Shown here: positions 25,376 to 37,061 of the stretch, piece by piece
How positions within the stretch are numbered: position 1 is the first letter of the stretch
How the letters are laid out: the number at the start of each line of letters is the position of its first letter
Translations under genes and position numbers: made by a program
Assembly: GCA_004022145.1 (NCBI GenBank)
Contig: RCNU01000002.1
Length of the DNA stretch: 64,000 nucleotides
Direction: 5' to 3' (one strand)
Origin: Paecilomyces variotii
Lineage: Eukaryota
Notes under the pieces: generated by a model
Told to the model about the DNA's origin: nothing
Seen by the model: only the letters and a program-made list of their open reading frames with translations
Database searches by the model: none

Positions 25376-25575
25376 CCTGATCGGTGCCTTCTGGTTATCT
25401 CTCGTCCGTCCCTTCGAAATCTGCATATGAGGGCATGGATTTTGTGTAAACCATTGTCAATTGGCTCGCGGACCATGCCCTATTAGTTTCCACACGGACT
25501 GGTCCTGATATAACTAGTAATTGCTACTGCTATTCTTTCGCCTTGCCTGTATATCTCCTTGCTTGCCCCTCCAAG

Positions 25576-27992
25576 ATGCGTTTCGGCAAGACTCTCCAGA
25601 AGTCGGTTTATCCGCCGTGGAAAGGCAACTACATCGACTACCAGAAGCTGAAATCTCTCTTGAGAGAACATGAGGCGACCGACGATGATACGAGTGATGC
25701 AGAGAACACATGGACGGAACAGGATGAAGAAGCTTTCGTGCAGGAGCTGATCAATGTCCAGTTGGACAAAGTGAATGCATTCCAGGTTGAGACATCGAAG
25801 ACGCTGCGAGAGCGCACCTCAGCATGTGAATCGAAATTGGAGGCCCTCATACCGAAGGATGGAGAGCAGGAGGCCCAGCTGGATGAACAGAAGCGGAGAG
25901 AAGTCGCTGCAGAAGTCCTCTCCGAGCTGGATGGAATCGCCAAGGAAGTTAGCGAGCTGGAAAAGTATAGTCGCATCAACTTCACCGGCTTTTTGAAGGC
26001 TGCGAAGAAGCATGATCGAAAGAGAGGGGCCCGGTATCGTGTCAAGCCGCTGCTTCAAGTACGACTCTCTCAATTGCCATTCAACACCGAGGACTACTCT
26101 CCTTTGCTACGCAAGCTCTCCGTGATGTACTCGTTTGTGCGTGAGGTGCTCCAGGGTGCTGCTCCGAAGACCAACGATCCTCTGAGTGTGGAAGCCCGTG
26201 ATGTTTATACGTCGTACAAGTTCTGGGTTCATGCGGACAACATAACAGAGGTCAAGACATACATTCTCCGACGACTGCCCGTCTTGGTATATAACCCCAA
26301 GACTTCCAAGGAACTTAACGTTCCAGACGACCCGACAATCACTTCCTTGTACTTCGATAATCCCCAGTTTGAGCTGTATAATCAGAAGGTCGCCCGTGCT
26401 CCTGAGGCCGGCTCTTTGAGATTGCGTTGGATGGGTCCGCTCAATGACAACCCCGCTATTTTCCTCGAGAAGAAGATCGTCACGGAGGATGATGGCAGTC
26501 GAGAAGTCAGAGTACAGTTGAAGGAAAAGCACGTCCAAGAATTCCTGAGAGGCGAATACAAGTTCGACAAGAAGCTCCACAGAATGGAAGATCAAGCCAA
26601 TGAGCACGAACAGGCAGAATCTTTCAAGAAGGACATTGAGGAATTGCAATCCTTTATCAGAGAACATGACCTGCAACCTATGCTCCGGGCCAATTATACG
26701 CGAACGGCTTTCCAGATTCCCGGAGACAATAGGGTCAGGATCTCCTTGGATACTAATTTAGCACTGATCCGTGAGGATGCGCTAGACCCTGAACGGCCTT
26801 GTCGAGACCCGAATGACTGGCATCGGAGAGACATTGATGATTCTAACATGGAATATCCCTTCAGCTCGATCCGCACAGGGGAGATTGTTCGTTTCCCTCA
26901 TGCCTTGTTAGAGATCAAAGTCAAGGGAGATGGACGTGGTCGCGAGTGGGTGAATGATCTCATGGCCTCCCATCTTGTCAAGGAAGCACCAAGATTCTCC
27001 AAGTTCGTCCACGGAGTCGCTCAGCTGTTCGAAGACTATGTCAACAGTTTCCCGTTCTGGCTGGGAGAGTTGGAGAACGATATCCGCCGTGACCCGGAGG
27101 TTGCTTTCCAAGAAGAACAAGAAAGACTTGCTAAGCGTGCCGAAGAGGATATGGCAGTAGGGAGCTTCCTGGGAAGCGGAAACAGAGCGAGCCCTAGCTT
27201 CAGGCACATGGTTGGATCTCCAGTGTCTAGGTTTGGTGGAGCTGGTTCCCCGTCGCGCGCAGAACCCGCATCACGTCCGAAGCAGCCTCTGGAGATGCCT
27301 AGTCGTCATCGCGATGGATCCCCTGCTGTGAGTGAACAACCGGCACGCACACCTACACCGTCATCCCGACTCATGAATTATTTCCCTTCGTTCTCCATGT
27401 CGCGCTATGCTCGTGCCCGTCGCGAACGGGTTCAGCTGCCTCCGGGAGTACGACACCCAGGAACCTGGCTGAAGGATGCGGGTCCTGTTAAGGTCGAATC
27501 GAAGGTCTGGCTTGCCAACCAGCGTACCTTCATCAAGTGGCAGCATGTGAGCGTCCTTCTGGCGTCTCTGTCCTTGGGTCTGTATAATGCTGCGGGTGAG
27601 GACAACCACCTCGCTCGTACTATTGGTATTGTCTACACCTGCTTCGCCATTTTCGCCGGCGTCTGGGGATGGTACATGTATGAAAAGCGCGCGAGGCTTA
27701 TCCGCCAGCGAAGCGGGCGTGATTTCGACAACGTTTTCGGTCCGATCGTCGTGTGCATTGGCCTCGCTGCCGCTCTTGTGTTGAATTTTGCGTTCAAGGT
27801 ATGTCCAAGACGACTTGATGTTTACAACTCCAAACACAGTCAATCGCTAACATATCCCGTCAGTATACTGCTGCGATGCGCGAGATCAGAGCAGATACTG
27901 TTGCTTCGACTATTTCCGGGTCTATCAACGCCTCAATCTCCGCTCCCGTGGGACTTGTCAAGCAGGATAGTTCTCGTCTCCTGGCTGCATAA
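25576..27992 (+). CDS. vtc2: Vacuolar transporter chaperone (polyphosphate synthesis complex) accessory subunit Vtc2/Vtc3: SPX + VTC + DUF202; one 3' intron
   Basis: SPX start MRFGKTLQKSVYPPWKGNYIDYQKLK and INFTGFLKAAKKHD; VTC core YKFWVH, ITSLYFD, RANYTRTAFQIPGDNRVRISLD, FSKFVHG; TM domain VKVESKVWLANQRTFIKW. Confidence 0.9.
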
Positions 27993-28292
27993 TTAACTCC
28001 GATAGGCTGTCTTTTGTGTCCAACTCCTCTTTCCTCCATCTCTTTTCCTCGTTTTCCTTTTTTACCATCCTATCGAAACGAAAGTTGTATGATTGATTGT
28101 CTCCCTATTTGTACGAAGTATATTACCGTGATGAGATGGAACGTGACAAACGAAGAGATAAAGTCGCTCGGGAATCAACACTAGGAATCGTATCTCATAT
28201 CCTAAATTATCTTAATCTCGTATTCATAAGATTTGAAAACAAAATACCTTTGAAAAAAGCTCGTGGGCAATATGGAAAGTAACCCTATTAAT

Positions 28293-29588
28293 TCAATGCG
28301 ACAACCCGGTCCACTCCAACCTCCCCTCCGATAACAACGGCATGCGTTCCCGCTCATCCATATCCTCGACATTATGATCCATACTTTCTCGTCCTCGCCC
28401 AGGTTGTCGTACTGTGTGTTTTCTCGTCTCTTCTTGGATACTAGTCGCAAATGAAGAAAGACTTTGAGTCAGCAAATAAATCCAACTTCGAGAAAGGACA
28501 TACCACAGGAGAAATGCTAGAATTAGAAATATAAATATAAACATACCCAACAAAGAATCCCGCGAATAAACCCATGTATCCTGTTCCTAGAAATGCCATG
28601 ACCCATTCGATGATCCCTGCGATATACCAACATGTTTGTGCGGAGAGTATGATAAATGCCATACCGAGACCGAATTCGAGGATGACAAGAAATGCGGATG
28701 CGAGTGTGCTACGTTTTGGAGGTTATGTTAGTTCATAGTTCAGTTAAGTCAGATAGGTAGTTTCGGAAGACATACCAAAATCGTAACCACCTCCTCGTCC
28801 GCTTATCCTCCTCATCACCTTCCCATCTCGCTAGAAACGAAACCACTTCCTCTGCATACACGACCACCGTCCCCGCAGCTGTGAGGGCCAAGGCGGCGAA
28901 ACATATCTTTAGAAGAACGCTATGCGCCTGGTGATATCGGAAAGTGTCCATCACACCGAGAAGGATGAGACCCATTGCAGCGATAATGGCTGCTACGAGC
29001 GAGACGAGGGAGATGGCAGCGCGTGATTTGGTCAGGTTAGTCCCTGAAAGGTCGGCTTCTTCGTCCTCGTCGTCTTCTTCATGGGTTCGGTTATTGGTTG
29101 TTGGTGGATTGTTGGTGTTGTTGTTGGGCGGATAGATGGGAGGAGGGAAGTATTCGTATCGCACGACATGGACGGCAGCAACGGAGACGATGAAACAGAC
29201 TGCGGTGATGGATGTGCCGACGAGGAAGAGAGGTTTTAGTTCGAAGGATGCGATGTCGGATATGAATCTGTTGTTTTTTGTATTCGAATCATTGGTATGG
29301 AGCGCAAATCGTACGAATAAATAAACAAATAAAAAAATAGGAAATATGATTCTTGCTTCAAGTTCTCTCTGCTCAGCGTGGGTGAATATCTACTTACGCA
29401 ATATAAGGATTACTCTGACCCGGATATCGCGGTGCCCCCCTTGCAAGCCAGGTGATAAGCAGAGCAGACAGAGTCAGGAACCAGACCGCCCCGGCCATGA
29501 AAGGGAAGAGGAAGAGTCGATACGGCGGGATCTGGAGGATAATTATGCGCACAGTGGACCATACGGGTATAGGCACTGTCTCGTCCAT
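28293..29588 (-). CDS. Frag1/DRAM/Sfk1 family membrane protein, 4 exons
   Basis: LSALLITWLARGAPRYPGQSNPYIA-FISDIASFELKPLFLVG; LILLGVMDTFRYHQAHSVLL; AGIIEWVMAFLG. Last intron 28441-28546 gives the in-frame tail GIQEETRK..ERMPLL. Confidence 0.85.
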
Positions 29589-30481
29589 GCCGGTCTTCTT
29601 TTTGCGAGAGACGATGGTGTAGGAATTCGATAATTGCTTCCTTGCTGTGATATCACCGGATTTCTTTCTTTAATCAGCGCATGTGGACTGGATGTTCTTA
29701 GGTATCACGCCTATCAAATTAACTATGCATTAGGGGGATAATTAAAGATTAGATATGTAAATAACAAGAAATGGCAATGTAAAAAAGGTAGACAACATAT
29801 AAAAATCCAGATAATCACCCCCTTGGCGACGACAATCAACATAAAGAATCAGACGGAGAGCAAAATGATGAAAGCATCGACGTATTGCTGCTGTGTTTTA
29901 AGTATGTATATAGAAGAGCATCAGCTCGCGTGACGAGCAGTGCTGATCTCTGTTCTTCCCCGCTAATCATGCCTTTCCCCTTTTCTTTTTTGGTAGGCTA
30001 TGCGGTATTAACCGAGTTAATTTTGCCTCTTCATGGATCATAATAATACTACTTGTCGAGTCGGAGAAAAGATCAGCGCTAGGTTGATGATGTCATGGAT
30101 ACTAACTTACGAGATAGTTAGCTAGAGTATGGGTTTTTATCACAACTAGCTATGTACCCCTAGTAAGTAACGCTGATTTACTCAGACCTGAAAGGCCCAC
30201 TCGCTAAAAAAAATGAACATTGTCAGAAACCACTTCATGAAGATATTGATCAGATCGATCTAACTAATAATAATGTTGAATCTCACTTGATTAATCAGTC
30301 AAGCAGTAGAAACCAACGGAACCGCGGTCCCCACCTGGGATAGAACGAATCAAAGCAAATCGGGAATATGAATGATTGGTAATACAGCCCACATCGAGTT
30401 AACTAACTAGTTAGCTGGGTTCGTTGCTCTATATAATCACTCGACGATCCGATCTCTGCGTTGATTTGCTGGGAGATTAAT

Positions 30482-30498
30482 AAAAAAAAAAAAAAAAA
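30482..30498 (+). repeat. Poly(dA) tract, A17
   Basis: 17 consecutive A about 160 nt upstream of the DsbA-like ATG. Confidence 0.85.
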
Positions 30499-30654
30499 GA
30501 AAAAGACCATAAAGTAGTACATACCTATACGGCTGAGTTTGATTTGAAATATCAACTTCTATTGAAATCAGTTATTATTATTATTTCTCTGATACATTAC
30601 CGGATCCAACCATATACATATACTCATACCGTCACCGTGGCCTCCCGCGCAATC

Positions 30655-31390
30655 ATGACCAATTTCAAGATCCAAATCGTCTCCGACACAGTCTGTCCTG
30701 TAAGCATCCATTCCATTCCCATACCACTACTAATAGCTCTCTCATATCTAACAAACAATCCCAATCCAGTGGTGCTACGTCGGCCACCGTCGTCTATCCC
30801 GCGCCATAGCAACCCACAAACAATCCCACCCTAATGACACCTTCTCCATCACCTGGCACGCATTCTACCTTAACCCCGGATCCCCATTCTACCCAGGTGT
30901 CGACAAGAGACAACACTACGTCTCCAAATTCGGCGCTCAGACCGCAGATGCTATGTTCGCGCGTCTCACGGCCGTTGGAGCCGAGGAGGGTATAGCTTTC
31001 AAGTTTGGCGGAAGGACGGGGCGGACGAGGAATTCGCATCGTCTGATCGCATACGCCGGGAAGAAGTCGGACGGGAACAACGACGGCCTGCAGACGCGCG
31101 TTGTGGAGGCGCTGTTTAAGGCGTATTTTGAAGAGGAGAAGAATATCACGGATCGGGCGGTGCTGTTGGAAGCGGGAGTGAAGGCTGGCTTGCCTGAGGC
31201 GGAGGTCGAGAAGGTATTGGATTCGGATGAGTGCGGAGCGGAGGTCGATGCGGATGCTGAGAGAGCCAGAAGGAGGTTCATCAGTGGCGTGCCGCACTTT
31301 ACTATCCAGGAGAAATATGCTGTCGGTGGAGCCGAGAGTCCAGATGCATTCTTGGAGGTGTTCGATGCAGTGAAGCGCGACGAGAAGTAG
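30655..31390 (+). CDS. DsbA-like thioredoxin-fold protein (FrnE family), 2 exons
   Basis: MTNFKIQIVSDTVCP-WCYVGHRRL (CPWC active site split by the intron); TRNSHRLI; ISGVPHFTI cis-Pro loop; VGGAE. Confidence 0.92.
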
Positions 31391-32036
31391 ACGTGAAGTC
31401 TCCCTCCCACGTTGGACCATGCGCTTCCTACATTTGCTGTCTAGTGAGGAGCATAACTATATGCAATAGCACGTCTGGTATCGTTCTATCAAGATGACTT
31501 CTATTTGTTTGAGAGGCATTCTAATCTATCGTAGCGAATTACAAATAGAATCTTGGGGCACCCGAGTGCGTCCTGCTGGTGAGAAAGGCCGCCCTGGTAC
31601 CATTGTACTGTCATCCATGGTTTTCTGTGCACTGTTAAGAAAACGTTCGAAACGCCAGCAACTCATCCGGAAAAGCGAGACACTAGAACACCGGCAAATG
31701 CTAGACCATTCGAGCAATAACATCATCTCACAACATCGACTGCGTGACCCCTGGACAGGCATCACGCAGCGGGAAATAAGTGGTAATACAATCGAGGACC
31801 GGTGTCAAGAAAGTATTAACATCTCTCGCCGGAGAGATGGCAGAGTCAGACTGAGGTGGATTGAAGAGGCGACCCAAACTGATCAAGAGCACTGATGATA
31901 CCTCAAAAGGAGAAAGAAAAGAACCTTGTGATACGAGGCGATTTATCGCTGAGCTACCCGACCATACGAGACAGTCACGGAGTACAGCTTCAAAGATGGC
32001 TCGTGGCAGGAAATCTCAGGAAATTTCTTGCTGGCA

Positions 32037-34230
32037 TTAGAACGTCGCCTGCCGCAGCTGGAAGTCGGGCAAATAGTCAAACCAGTCGGTATCCGGGTTG
32101 TACTGGTAAGCTTTGAATTCAACACCGTATGGCTTCGGCTCCAGCATGTAGAGCACACCCAGGGGAACATCAAGATCAGCAACCTCATCCCGCTTGAGAC
32201 CCCGGAAGTAAGCCAAGAGCACCCTGGCCACAGATCGATGGCTCACAAGCAACACATGGTCGGTCATCCGCTCAACTTCGATGATGACGGCACGCAGCCG
32301 GTTGATAATGTCGAGATAACCCTCGCCACCCGGGCCAGGGTAACGGTAATGCAACTTGCCCTTCTTGCGATGGTCGTATTCTTCAGGGAATTGTTCACGA
32401 ATTTCATCGTATGTCATACCTTCCATGCGTCCAGCGTGGAGCTCATCAAGCATCTTCATCTGCTTGATATCGTACTCCTCATCATTGAAGTACTGTATGG
32501 TTTGGACAGAGCGTTTCATCATAGATGCCCAGACGCAGAAGTTGCGTGGGCGGGTCTGAGGTGCCCAGGAAGGATTCGGCGGAGTGCTGTCACCCGGGCG
32601 AGGAGGGAAATGTTTCGCGAGCGCTTTCTGTCTTTGATGGATTTCCCACTGCCGACGCTGGTGATCAATGAACTTAGCCAGAGCTTTGGCATATCGGTGT
32701 CCGTTCTCGCTCAAGTCAGAGTCTCCACCGATGCGACCCAACTGGTCGTCAATGCTCTCCCCATGTCTCGTGATCCAGATCTGCCGTGGCGAGAGGTTAA
32801 AGTTGAGGAGATAGTACACGACTTGAGAGGACAAGAAGCCATTTGTCTGGTGCGTAACCATCTTCCTTCCGACGTCAATCATTTGGATGTACGCCATGTT
32901 ATGCCTCTCTTCGTAGTCCCCAAGAGGAACATACGATTTCTCATACAAGGCAACGCGTCTCTTGAAGTCTTCCAGCGACTTGACAGGGTCGTGACCCTTG
33001 TAGTCGGGTCCAGAAAGCTTCAGGCGCATGTTTGCCTCAAGCAGATCGGGGTCGACACAGCGACTCTCCAGGAAGAGGACATTCAGTTCGGGACCTGCCC
33101 GTTTCCTGATGTGATCCACAATCAACCTACGTCGTTCCAGCGTGCTGTTGGTGGCATCTAGAATACCAACGCTACCACCCCGCTCGAGCATGTATTCGAG
33201 CAGTTCGTCGAGTGTCTGCAGAGCAACCTGTTCCCGAAGCTGCACTGCGCGTTGATTCGTAGGGTCAAAGAAATTGGAAGACTGGTCTATTGCCTCCACC
33301 GCCTCGGGCGAGGACGGTGCAATGTTTTCGCCATCCTCATTCGACTGATGAGGAGAGGGTGACGATTCCGAGCTGCTGTCTGAAGTCTCCTCGCCGTTCA
33401 CGAGTATCTTAGCCGGGGGGATGACAGGAGCAGGGAGCTTCTCGCTGTCATGTTCGGGGACCGGGTTGCCTGCACTGATGCTCATTCTCCGGACCGAGTC
33501 CACCAAGTCATTGTGGATGGTGCTCTTTCTCTTGTCGACGCCCTGAGCGAGCTTGTTGGGCGAAGGCGAGCCTGCCGCTGCAACGCGACGACGTTCGCCC
33601 ACGTTGAAGATCTCTGTATCATGTTGCAGCCAATTCAGATACCGCGCCAGTTTCTTCGTGATGTAGCTCTTGCCCCGAGCGGGCAGGCCGACCATGACGA
33701 TGACAAGCTTGGAACCGACATCGCGCTGCGATATCCTCCCATCCGGCGAGACTTTGGATTTGGTCAAACCTGGAATATCGAGAGTGGTGGCACGGGTCTT
33801 AGGTGTTTCAAAGCCGGCGGCCGAAAGACCCGGTTGTCTGCATCAAACCAGTCAGTCATGCTCGAACACATTTTAGCCATCACTCTAGACGATTGATCAA
33901 TGCCTTATCCCCCGCAAACCGGCGGAACGCGGGGGAAATGGGGTCAATCAGAAGTTTCAGAACGGACAAGGGGCGCACATACATCTGTGGAGATGGGGGT
34001 GCGGTAGGAGTCGGAGTGTCCGTTAGGGCCTTTCCGACTCCATCCTTAGAAGCCCTATGGGCGTCTGGATGCAGCGCTCTTCCCACCACTGACTTTGGAG
34101 GGAGAGAGTTTGCATCTTTCTCATGGCTGCCATTTGAGGTGCCGTTAGGAGATGGATTCTGGTTGTGGGAGTCTGGCGAGGCGGCGTTACTGATGATGGC
34201 CGACCGCGCGATACTGGAATGTTGGGCCAT
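32037..34230 (-). CDS. pfk26: 6-phosphofructo-2-kinase with C-terminal fructose-2,6-bisphosphatase-like domain; intron 33838-33982
   Basis: Spliced RATTLDIPGLTKSKVSPDG; Walker A GLPARGKS; ILDATNST; KLSGPDY; histidine-phosphatase motif RHGES; GGEGYLD. Confidence 0.93.
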
Positions 34231-35655
34231 CCCCGCAGCAGCCTAGCAGCAGGGATGCTGCGTGACAAATGGTGAAGATTATTTTAAGCTAACGAGAAAG
34301 AATTGCTGAAGATAGCACCAGCTTGGGATGGTATCAATACAATGCTCTCTGGATGGATTTCGAGCAGTTTGGTTGATGGTTAAAAAGAAATCTGTTTGCG
34401 GTGGACGGTGAACTGATGAGTCAAAAAGGTGGGCGGCTTTTCCACAGTTGCTTTGCTGGGAATGTCCGCCAGACGGGCTGGACGTTTCCGTCACTGCCGC
34501 GTCTGCTGCCTGTGGTAAATAGTTTCTTTTGCGATCTTAACCCCTGGCAGTGAGGCTGTCTGGATATTTCCAGCTGGCAAGACCCAATCACTTGTTCAAC
34601 GTGTTCCTGGCGATCAGAAGACTCTCACGTTGACCGTTCAATTGGCAGAACGAGCTCTGAGCTTTGCGACCGGGGCGAAGAGGATGCGCGTTGCGTTGCT
34701 ATCTTTGCGATCTTTGCGATGCCCGTGATGCCCTAACAATAATGACAGATGGAACAAAAATCATTAAAAATAGTTGACTGACAACTGATGAACTTGTCCG
34801 TTAATTATTATTATTATTTGCGGCGCTGTGCGATGAAGTCACAGTCACTCTCTGTCTCCGACCCCGCCACTGGCAGCTTGTCCCAGCGGGTGGACCGCGA
34901 TGGATCGTCTGCTTCCAGCGCCGAAGCGAGCAGAACTCCAGTGAGAGCAAGTAACGTCACAGATCACCCTCAACTTGGGCCTTGACTCTGACCACGAAAA
35001 TGAGGCTGAAAAGAGTGCCGATTCTCCCGGACGTAGGATGTGGTGCTGAGCGGATACTATTTGCAGTGTTGTAACGGCCTCGACGCCCTTTCCCCTTCGA
35101 TGCTGGGCAAGGGCTTGCTGTCGATGGATGATCTGATTGCTACCAGGCCCAAATAGAATAAATAGTAGATCATAGAGCACTCATGGCTTGTCCCATCTGG
35201 ATAAATTCAAGCAGCAACGCTAGAAATGCGTGGACTACAGTAAACGGAGTGATCTGAGAGCCGGCCCATCAATCCGTTTATATGGTATACGACTATGTCG
35301 GAGTACATCGGACCGGTTGCATCACGGACGCTTCACCTCTGTTGGATGTGGTTGAGAAACTCCAAGATTTTGCTTCTCAAGGGGGGTCTCATCCATTGCT
35401 CACCGCGACCGAACGGCGATTTTATGGTATGCCAATGTGTTCGTGTGACCTCCTCACTTGTTGCTCTGTTCGAGGTCCCCTTGGCGCTCAAGCACGGCGC
35501 ATTTCCCGCCTGTTATCCCAGCACGTTTCTCGCTCCGCCATTCCGCCCCTATCCAGGGGGATGGGAATCGGTCATGCCACGATACTTGGAGTATGGTAGA
35601 CAAACTGTGGCCGTATGACCTTGGGCGCCTCTTTGCAACCAACTCGAGTTTTTCA

Positions 35656-36133
35656 TTATGCCAATGTCGCCGTAAGCACGATGAGAGATATGTACGCCGC
35701 GATGCTCAGTGCTGTGAGTACCACTACCGCATTCCCACTGGTGCGGAACTTGTTGCGATGCAGGCCATCCTCTCCCACCTCGGAAAAGAACTGGCGGTTG
35801 CCCTGCTGGCGACGGAAGAGACCGATGCAGAGCACTCCAGTCCCGTAGACGGCGAAGAGCGCTCCGATGCTGTAGAATTCCGCGGTGAAAATCTTGAGAA
35901 TGATCAGGGCGAACGAGAACTGGGACAGTGCGGTGCGGATATATGCTCCCTCGAAGGTCCGTTGAGCAGCGCGCACTTCGACGATCTCGTCCGGGGTCAA
36001 GATCGCGGAGCGGGCGCGGTGCATGCGTAGACGATACCTGTCCGCAGCGCGACGCTAGAAAAGAACCTTAGTCAGTACCATCCCTGATGGCCAAGAAGGA
36101 TGGGCGGATGAAACAGAGACGGACCTCGAACAT
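35656..36133 (-). CDS. Small DUF202-family membrane protein; 9-nt first coding exon
   Basis: ATG TTC GAG|GTCCGT..CTGAC..TAG|RRAADRYRLRMHRARS; AAQRTFEGAYIRTALSQFSFALIILKIF; three TM helices; FRTSG motif. Confidence 0.8.
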
Positions 36134-37061
36134 TATTGTTGCGTGCCGCAATCACTTCGAGAAGAATAAGTAGCTGCCAATGCGTCGAGACTCAGGGTCC
36201 CGAAGCCAAGGACTCCAATTTTCGGCCTGGATGGATGCCAGAGAGAGAACCAGCTGTAGCATTGAATTGAAGCTGGCTCTGGATGGGACACAGGAGTGGT
36301 GCAGCTGGGAAGTACGGAGTAATCTAGAAGATGCAGCTAGCCAGATGCTAAGTTACTCCATATCGGCAATTGACGGTGGTTGCTAGACTAAGTAATAATG
36401 CCCATCGCGTGATTTGTTGCCGTTCGTTTCCCCGCATCGCTAGATAACTACTGTACCGATTCAAGACAGCTAGGGATGCTGGAAGAAACGTTCATAGATC
36501 TCACAGGAAGCAAAAAAAGGCGCTCGTGTAATAGCAAGAGAGACTAATAATCATAGATGCATAGTCCACTTTTGAAGTCTGCCTCTGCAGTACCACCCCA
36601 AACCACAACCACAACCACCACCACCACGTAAGTAGCTTCTCCCACTCTTAGAAGTCCGCATTGTCCGGGGAAGGAGAACACATTATTTTATTATTATTGG
36701 CATTATCGACTCACACTTCTCTCCGCCAGTCCTCTCCGCCCGATACGCCGGACCGTCCAGCTCAGGGTAAAGGAACGAGAAGCCGGCCCTCTCGATGGCG
36801 GAGAAATAAATTCCGTCGACCAACTGTCCGCGCCGGTTATTATAGAACCACGCTCAAACGCCGCCACTAAGTAGATCGGAGGCAAAGCCGGAGAGGAAGG
36901 GCTACATCGGGGTATACCCGACAGCTTGGAATTAATGATAACCCGACAAATAAGCCCACGCCTGCACGCTGTTTCTTCCTTTCTTTTCCCGCTGCGTTTC
37001 TCTTTTTCTGATTGATTTTCATTTCATTTGCTGTGACGAGTGACACTGGTTTATTTTCACA

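Noticed and set aside
28517-28546. Possible 30-nt intron or nested (stwintron-like) intron in the Sfk1-family gene
   Set aside because: Too short for typical fungal splicing; a single 106-nt intron already gives an in-frame product.
32028-33161. 377-aa ORF antisense to pfk26
   Set aside because: Shadow ORF produced by codon bias on the opposite strand; non-ATG start and no recognisable motifs.
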